Positions 58,357 to 64,000 of a DNA stretch of 64,000 bases are shown piece by piece. The notes under the pieces are model-generated. The model was not told the origin of the DNA and searched no databases. It saw only the letters and a program-made list of their open reading frames with translations. The stretch is taken from positions 1,568,001-1,632,000 of the forward strand of contig OY762209.1 of the NCBI GenBank assembly GCA_963665295.1. The letters run 5' to 3'. This DNA is from Syntrophorhabdaceae bacterium. GTDB lineage: Bacteria; Desulfobacterota; Syntrophorhabdia; Syntrophorhabdales; Syntrophorhabdaceae. A program made the position numbers and the translations under genes. The stretch's first letter is position 1. Each line of letters begins with the position of its first letter.

Positions 58357-61254
58357 ATGAAGACAAGAATATTACGGGCAACGATAATTATTGCGGCCCT
58401 GATCCTGTGCATGGGTAGCGGCATGGCCCATGCCTATTCAACCCCGCCGTCATGGAGCGGCATGAAGATGCTCACCGTTTCCTTTAACAACGGCATACTT
58501 GACGTGACGGACCAGACGAATAACCCCATACTGGCCATGGACACTCTGGCTACCGGCGCTCCCAATTACAGCGCGAGGGCATACGGCAGTTTCGACCCGA
58601 ACCAGCCCTGGAAGGTGCTCAACAACATGGCCTTCACCCGCATACTGGGCTGGTGGGACCCTAATGCGAGCAAGACGGACGGGAGCGCCGTCAAAGACAA
58701 GATCCAAGCGGCTTACGGCCCGGACGCCGCCATCTGGATAGAGGCGCTCAGCCAGTCGGCGGGACTTAAAAGCTATCTGGCTGTGGGGAAATTCGGGGTC
58801 AACGCGGACAACACGCAGAACGTGGACCCTAACGCCCATGGCTATACAGGGATCTTCGGCACCGATGGCAGCCCGGCCAAATGGAAGTGGGACTACAAGA
58901 TGGACCACAACGTCTATGCCGTGTCATGGGACGCCCTCACGCCGAACCAGCTCTACTCCGCCACCTACCATGTCTATGTGGGCGACAGTGCGGGAAACAA
59001 GATCGGCCCGGGCACCAATGAAACGTGGACGTGGCAGGCGCCCGCCGCGGTCCCCGGCCTGATCGACGAGGGTAATGGGCTCATTTACGACAAAGACCAG
59101 AACATTACATGGTACCAGGTATCGTCGGACCGGCTGTGGACCGATGGGGGCCTGAACACCAGGGTAAGCACCTACATTGCCAACCTCAACGTCAACGGGA
59201 TCACCGGCTGGCGTCTGCCCACGGCGAACAAGGATGACATAAAGAACAACATTTACAATACGGGAGAGTTGGGACACCTTTACTATGTCGGCCTGGGAAA
59301 CACCCTCGCGGGAGGATTGCAGTATGCGGGGCCCTTCACAGGCCTGCAGGCCGGTCCCTACTGGACAGGGACGATTGCCGTGGACGGCCCTATGAAACAG
59401 TACTATGTCCTCGATTTCAACAGCGGCACCTGGGGTACGGATTGCGGCATGGTGTCCATGAGCGACGGCGCGTACGTCCTGGCGGTCCATGACGGCAACG
59501 TGGGTGTCGTCGACACCACCGCGCCCACGGTGACCGCCTTCTCCATTCCGTCCGCCGCCACATCACTCACCGTCTCCATATCGGAGTTTGCAGCCACAGA
59601 CGACATGGGAGTGACGGGATACATGGCCACGGAAAGCTCCACCGCGCCCCTCGCGTCGGTGAACGGCTGGAGCGCGGACCCTCCCGCGACCTACACCTTC
59701 TCCTCAGCGGGGAACAAGATACTCTACGCCTTTGCAAAGGACGAAGCAGGGAATGTCTCCGCGCCCCTCAGCGCACCGGTGGCGATTACCCTGCCCGACA
59801 CCACCGCTCCCACGGTGACCTCCTTCTCCATTCCTTCCTCCGCCACATCACTCACCGTCTCCATATCGGAGTTTGCAGCGACAGACGACGTGGGAGTGAC
59901 GGGATACATGGCCACGGAAAGCTCCACCGCGCCCCTCGCGTCGGTGAACGGCTGGAGCGCCCGGCCTCCCGCGACGTATACCTTCTCCTCCGGCGGCGCC
60001 AAGACCCTTTACGGCTACGCAAAGGACGGGGCAGGCAACATCTCCGCGCCCGCGAGCGCACCCGTTACGATTACCACGGGCGATATCATACCTCCGCGGG
60101 TGAAGACTTTTGTCATGCCGGGTCGGTACAATGCCCTCACCGTGCCCGTGACGACCTTTATCGGAACGGATAACGTGGCCGTCGCGTTCTACCAGCTCAC
60201 ATCCACATCAACAGCACCCGATCCCGCTGCAACGGGCTGGGTTTCCACGGCCCCGGAAAACTACACCTTCGAATCCGCGGGCAACAAGGACGTGTACGCC
60301 TGGGTAAAGGACACGTCGGGTAATATCTCGGCTCCGAAAAAGAGGCGCGTAGTCGTTGACCTTCCGGACAGGACCAAACCCACGGTGACAAACTTCCAGA
60401 TGCCGTCCCAATCGATCTCGCTCACCGTGCCCGTCACGACCTTCACCGCGAAGGACAACGTGGGCGTCACGGGGTACCTTCTCACCGAGACATCGACTGC
60501 GCCCGACCCCGCGGCAACAGGCTGGGTTTTGAACCCTCCTGCCGGTTACACCTTCGATTCTCAGGGCGCAAAATACGTCAACGCCTGGGTAAAGGACGGA
60601 GCGGGAAACGTTTCAGCTCCGAAGCGGAGGAGGGTGGTCGTTGACCTCACCGACAAGGCGCGGCCCACGGTGACAAACTTCCAGATGCCGTCCCAATCGA
60701 TCTCGCTCACCGTGCCCGTCACGACCTTCACCGCGGAAGACAACGTGGGCGTCACGGGGTACCTTCTCACCGAGACATCGACTGCGCCCGACCCCGTTGC
60801 AGCCGGCTGGGTTTCCGTTCCACCCGCCGCGTACACCTTCGACTATGCAGGTGTCAGGCGCATCTACGCCTGGGCAAAAGACGGCGCGGGGAACGTCTCG
60901 TTTGCCAGGCAAGAGACAGTGGCAATCGATCTTGCCGATAAGACAAAACCCGTGGTGACGTCCTTCGAGACGCCCGCCGCATCGGCAACCCTCACCGTGC
61001 CCGTCACGGCCTTCACTGCCACGGACGACACGGGCGTCACGGGCTATAAACTCACCGAATCCTCGGGCAAGCCTTCCCCGGCCGCGGGCTGGACCGGCAC
61101 TCCTCCTGCAAGTTACACCTTCACGAAGCAGGGCAAAAGGAACCTCTATGCCTGGGCAAGGGACGGGGCAGGTAATATCTCCAAATCCGTGCGGCAGCAA
61201 GTGGTCGTAACCCTGTCTGCAGGCTCCGCCTTTCAGGATGAGGACGACGAGTAA
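58357..61254 (+). CDS. Large secreted protein: unknown N-domain, DUF1566/Lcl-like domain, six Ig-like repeats
   Basis: AAAGGAG RBS and signal peptide; IYD...ITW, GWRLPT, GELGHLY, YWTG; six 95-aa repeats. Confidence 0.78.
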   Translation: MKTRILRATIIIAALILCMGSGMAHAYSTPPSWSGMKMLTVSFNNGILDVTDQTNNPILAMDTLATGAPNYSARAYGSFDPNQPWKVLNNMAFTRILGWWDPNASKTDGSAVKDKIQAAYGPDAAIWIEALSQSAGLKSYLAVGKFGVNADNTQNVDPNAHGYTGIFGTDGSPAKWKWDYKMDHNVYAVSWDALTPNQLYSATYHVYVGDSAGNKIGPGTNETWTWQAPAAVPGLIDEGNGLIYDKDQNITWYQVSSDRLWTDGGLNTRVSTYIANLNVNGITGWRLPTANKDDIKNNIYNTGELGHLYYVGLGNTLAGGLQYAGPFTGLQAGPYWTGTIAVDGPMKQYYVLDFNSGTWGTDCGMVSMSDGAYVLAVHDGNVGVVDTTAPTVTAFSIPSAATSLTVSISEFAATDDMGVTGYMATESSTAPLASVNGWSADPPATYTFSSAGNKILYAFAKDEAGNVSAPLSAPVAITLPDTTAPTVTSFSIPSSATSLTVSISEFAATDDVGVTGYMATESSTAPLASVNGWSARPPATYTFSSGGAKTLYGYAKDGAGNISAPASAPVTITTGDIIPPRVKTFVMPGRYNALTVPVTTFIGTDNVAVAFYQLTSTSTAPDPAATGWVSTAPENYTFESAGNKDVYAWVKDTSGNISAPKKRRVVVDLPDRTKPTVTNFQMPSQSISLTVPVTTFTAKDNVGVTGYLLTETSTAPDPAATGWVLNPPAGYTFDSQGAKYVNAWVKDGAGNVSAPKRRRVVVDLTDKARPTVTNFQMPSQSISLTVPVTTFTAEDNVGVTGYLLTETSTAPDPVAAGWVSVPPAAYTFDYAGVRRIYAWAKDGAGNVSFARQETVAIDLADKTKPVVTSFETPAASATLTVPVTAFTATDDTGVTGYKLTESSGKPSPAAGWTGTPPASYTFTKQGKRNLYAWARDGAGNISKSVRQQVVVTLSAGSAFQDEDDE
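59512..61218 (+). repeat. Six tandem 285-bp coding repeats
   Basis: Units begin at 59512, 59797, 60082, 60367, 60652, 60937; consensus D...P.V..F..P....L.V....F...D..GV.GY...GW...P..YTF...G...YA..KD.AGN.S. Confidence 0.88.
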
Positions 61255-61306
61255 GGGGCGGACTATGAGCGCCCGGATCAAAGAAGGAACATAAGTCTTT
61301 TTAAAA

Positions 61307-61337
61307 GGGGAGGCCCGGGCCATACCCGGACCTCCCC
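61307..61337. other. GC-rich hairpin between the secreted-protein gene and exbB
   Basis: GGGGAGGcCCGGG / CCCGGaCCTCCCC; no U-tract on the + strand. Confidence 0.4.
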
Positions 61338-61363
61338 GCACACAGGACCACAGGAGGAGCACC

Positions 61364-61786
61364 ATGGAATGGATCAGATGGATCATCGATTACGGCATCA
61401 TAGGTTTGCTGGTTTTCATGAGCGTGGTGGCGGTGGCTGTCGCCATCGAGCGGCGGTCGTGTTACCGGAGGATTGATCTCAAGAGTTTTAAGGACAAAAA
61501 GACCCTTGAACTCGTGTTGACCCGGAGGCTTCACCTCATTGCAACCGTAGGGAGCAACGCCCCCTACATAGGCCTCCTGGGGACGGTCCTCGGCATTATG
61601 CTTACGTTTTATACCATGGGCCGCGGAGGGTTCATGGATACGGGCAAGATCATGATCGGCCTCGCCCTGGCCCTCAAGGTCACCGCCGTGGGGTTGATCG
61701 TGGCCATCCCCGCGGTCACCCTCTACAACTTTCAGATTCGCCGGGCAAAGGAACTGATCCTCGAGTGGGAGGCGCGCAATGGATGA
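61364..61786 (+). CDS. exbB: ExbB (short type)
   Basis: [23 protein letters not shown] and [15 protein letters not shown]. Confidence 0.9.
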   Translation: MEWIRWIIDYGIIGLLVFMSVVAVAVAIERRSCYRRIDLKSFKDKKTLELVLTRRLHLIATVGSNAPYIGLLGTVLGIMLTFYTMGRGGFMDTGKIMIGLALALKVTAVGLIVAIPAVTLYNFQIRRAKELILEWEARNG

Positions 61787-62159
61787 AAAGGAGGTGGGCG
61801 TCATCAACATCATACCTTTCGTGGACATCATGCTGGTTTTGTTGACCATCGTGCTGACCACGTCCACCTTTATAGCCCGGGGTGCCATCCCCCTTGAACT
61901 GCCGAGGGCGTCGAGGCAGGCGGGGGAGGCGCTCAAGACCAGCACTATCGAGATTGACAACCGGGGATTGATATTTGTGGACGGGGCGGGGACGACGGTG
62001 GAAGGCCTCCCGCAAAGGATCGGGCAGGTAAGCCGGGATACGCCGGTCCTGATCAGGGCCGACAGGGGCGTGGCGCTCCAGGCTTTTGTGAATGTCATGG
62101 ACACGGTGAAGAATATGGGGTTCAGGCGGGTAAGCCTTCAGACGGAGACACGGAATTGA
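61779..62159 (+). CDS. exbD: ExbD
   Basis: [22 protein letters not shown]. Confidence 0.92.
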   Translation: MDEKEVGVINIIPFVDIMLVLLTIVLTTSTFIARGAIPLELPRASRQAGEALKTSTIEIDNRGLIFVDGAGTTVEGLPQRIGQVSRDTPVLIRADRGVALQAFVNVMDTVKNMGFRRVSLQTETRN

Positions 62160-62896
62160 AAGAAAACCGCAAGGCATGCATCTGGTCTGTCGCCATACAC
62201 CTCGTGGCGTGTGCCCTGGTCCTGGGGCTCGTAAAGGGGTCGGCCACCGAGAAAAGGATGATGGTCATCGATTTCAGCCTTGGGGATTCCACGGGGGCCG
62301 CGCAATCGCCGCCATCGCCGGGCGCAAGACCGGGACGGCGCGTCACGGAAACGCCCCGGCCGATCCCTGCAAAGGCCGCCCCGCAACGGGTCTTGCCTCC
62401 AAAAGAAGCGGTAAAGGAACCGGCCACCCGGATACAGCGGGCAGGGACAAGGGAAGACCAGGTCCCTGTATCGACGCTGAAAGGTGCGCCCTCTTCCGGT
62501 ATGGGAGCGCCCATCCCCTTTCCTGACCCGGGAGCGGAAGGACCGGCCGGGGCAGACGCCCGCGGACCGGGTCCCACATCATCCAAGGGCGGGGGAGGGA
62601 CGGAGCGGCCGGAGGTGAGATATGTGAAGGCGCACTTCGCCGCAATCCGGAACGCCATAGTACGCAACCTCTCCTATCCGAGGCTGGCCCGCAGGATGGG
62701 GTGGACGGGCACGGTCAAGGTTTCCTTTGTGGTCAATGAGAATGGGGGCGTGAACGATGTGAAGGTGCTCGCTACTTCCGGATTCGAAGTGCTCGACAAT
62801 AACGCCATAGAGACGATCAAACGGTGTTCTCCCTACCCGAAGCCGCCGTGTATGGCCGAGATGGTCATGCCCATCACCTACGCCCTCGACGAGTGA
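62156..62896 (+). CDS. tonB: Energy transducer TonB
   Basis: SVAIH TM motif, Pro-rich linker, YP.LARR.G..G.V.V.F...SG...LD. Confidence 0.88.
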   Translation: MKENRKACIWSVAIHLVACALVLGLVKGSATEKRMMVIDFSLGDSTGAAQSPPSPGARPGRRVTETPRPIPAKAAPQRVLPPKEAVKEPATRIQRAGTREDQVPVSTLKGAPSSGMGAPIPFPDPGAEGPAGADARGPGPTSSKGGGGTERPEVRYVKAHFAAIRNAIVRNLSYPRLARRMGWTGTVKVSFVVNENGGVNDVKVLATSGFEVLDNNAIETIKRCSPYPKPPCMAEMVMPITYALDE

Positions 62897-63024
62897 CCGG
62901 CAGGGCATTACGGAAGAAAGGGGACAAAAGGGCCTTGTGTTTCCGGCTTGACTCCGCCCCTCAAGGCATAATATTCTTGTCTGAGACACTTCACGCCATA
63001 AAAGAAGACGCAAAGGAGCATAAC

Positions 63025-63795
63025 ATGGAAGAAAAGATTCGCCGTATTGCCGAGTGGATCGTGGAATCGAAGAATGTGGTGGTCTTCGTGGGAGCGGGAC
63101 TGAGTACGGAATCGGGTATCCCCGACTTCAGGAGTCCCGGCGGCGTGTGGGACAAATACGACCCCGAGGATTTCTATTTCCACAACTTCCTTTCCAAGGA
63201 ATCGTCGAGGGAGAAATACTGGCAGATGACCACCGAGATGTATGACTCCATGAAAGACGCCTTGCCCAACGCGGGCCATTTCGCCATCGCGGAACTTGAA
63301 AAGCTGGGTAAACTCGATTGCCTTATCACTCAGAACATCGACGGCCTTCACTACAAGGCGGGCAATTCGGAGGCAAAAGTACTGGAACTGCATGGGACGG
63401 CCATGCACGTGACATGCCTCAGTTGCCACAAAAGATACGACAGGGACGAGGTGCAGGCCCGGATCGCACGGGGGGACAAGGCTCCCAGGTGCGACGCCTG
63501 CAAGGGCTTTCTCAAACCCGCCACCATTTCCTTCGGCCAGTCCATGCCGGAGTGGGAAACGGCGGAGGCTTCGAGGCGCTCGGAAGAATGCGACCTCTTC
63601 ATCGTCATCGGGTCATCCCTTGTGGTGCACCCCGCAGCCACCATGCCCGTTATCGCGAAGCGGGGAGGGGCGAGGCTCGTGATCGTCAACCGGGATGAAA
63701 CGGCGTGCGACAAGATGGCGGATATCGTGGTGAACGGCCCGGCGGGTCCCACCATGGCGGCGATCCTCGAGAACGTGAAACGTTTGATGGGATAG
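63025..63795 (+). CDS. Sir2/CobB family NAD-dependent protein deacylase
   Basis: GAGLSTESGIPDFR, TQNIDGLH, HG, CxxC...CxxC, GSSL.V.PA; ATG 63025 with AAGGAG. Confidence 0.92.
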   Translation: MEEKIRRIAEWIVESKNVVVFVGAGLSTESGIPDFRSPGGVWDKYDPEDFYFHNFLSKESSREKYWQMTTEMYDSMKDALPNAGHFAIAELEKLGKLDCLITQNIDGLHYKAGNSEAKVLELHGTAMHVTCLSCHKRYDRDEVQARIARGDKAPRCDACKGFLKPATISFGQSMPEWETAEASRRSEECDLFIVIGSSLVVHPAATMPVIAKRGGARLVIVNRDETACDKMADIVVNGPAGPTMAAILENVKRLMG

Positions 63796-63804
63796 GGAGA
63801 GCAA

Positions 63805-64000
63805 ATGACGAAGACTATGAAGCGAATACTCCTCCTCTTCGCAGGGGGGCTCCTTATGCTCCTTCTGCCCGGTCCGCATGGTCCGTGGGCCGCGGATGAA
63901 GGCGGTCCTTCCTCCGGTGAGAGGCCGACCGTGCGCCCGAACATCGTCTATGTGGCCGACTTCTCCCTTGATGTAGATGCCCGGGAAAAGGGGGAAAGGC
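63805..64000 (+). CDS. Exported protein, 5' part only (possibly DUF4410-like)
   Basis: RBS GGAG; signal peptide MKRILLLFAGGLLMLLL; IVYVADFSL; runs off the window. Confidence 0.5.
   Translation, partial: MTKTMKRILLLFAGGLLMLLLPGPHGPWAADEGGPSSGERPTVRPNIVYVADFSLDVDAREKGER

Noticed and set aside
59512..61218. CRISPR array or non-coding repeat
   Set aside because: Repeats are 285-bp in-frame coding units without spacers; no cas genes in the window
61200..61254. PEP-CTERM or LPXTG anchor on the large secreted protein
   Set aside because: The C-terminus is acidic (QDEDDE) with no TM segment or basic tail
63025..63795. Sir2 as an anti-phage NADase (Thoeris/DSR type)
   Set aside because: Compact CobB-like protein with a Zn-finger and no defence partner domains or genes

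Overview
Gene-dense window (roughly 55-62% GC by eye). Its content resembles an anaerobic aromatic/organic-acid-degrading Desulfobacterota such as a Syntrophorhabdus-like organism; this is inference only. Left part (1-7.6 kb): housekeeping genes (ctpA 3' end, RluA, standalone Cache protein, PBP1A, adenine deaminase, metallophosphoesterase). Middle (7.8-43 kb): a large, mostly minus-strand catabolic region with four aryl/acyl-CoA ligases, four TRAP DctP and two DctQM sets, a crotonase, an SDR, an atypical thiolase, a LarA-family racemase, a 2-oxoacid oxidoreductase with a GltD-delta fusion, and IclR/GntR regulators. It is interrupted by a lower-GC 1320-aa MBL-fold gene. Right part (43-64 kb): MgtA, a secreted glycoside-hydrolase-like protein, USP, a second Mo/W enzyme, a TPR protein, a metal-uptake-like locus and a sirtuin. 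The most notable signal is the metal-uptake-like locus. Two paralogous Cys-rich leader-like ORFs ending in YLEVPV(K/R)PP each precede an exported gene (an OprC-like TonB receptor and a six-repeat secreted protein), followed by exbB-exbD-tonB. A complete IS with a 6-bp target duplication splits the first leader/receptor pair. Other de novo observations: tandem IclR-type operators at a 20-bp period on three ligase promoters, and a small homologous helical ORF after each PaaK-like ligase. No tRNA, rRNA or CRISPR array was seen. All protein calls rest on motif recognition, not database searches.
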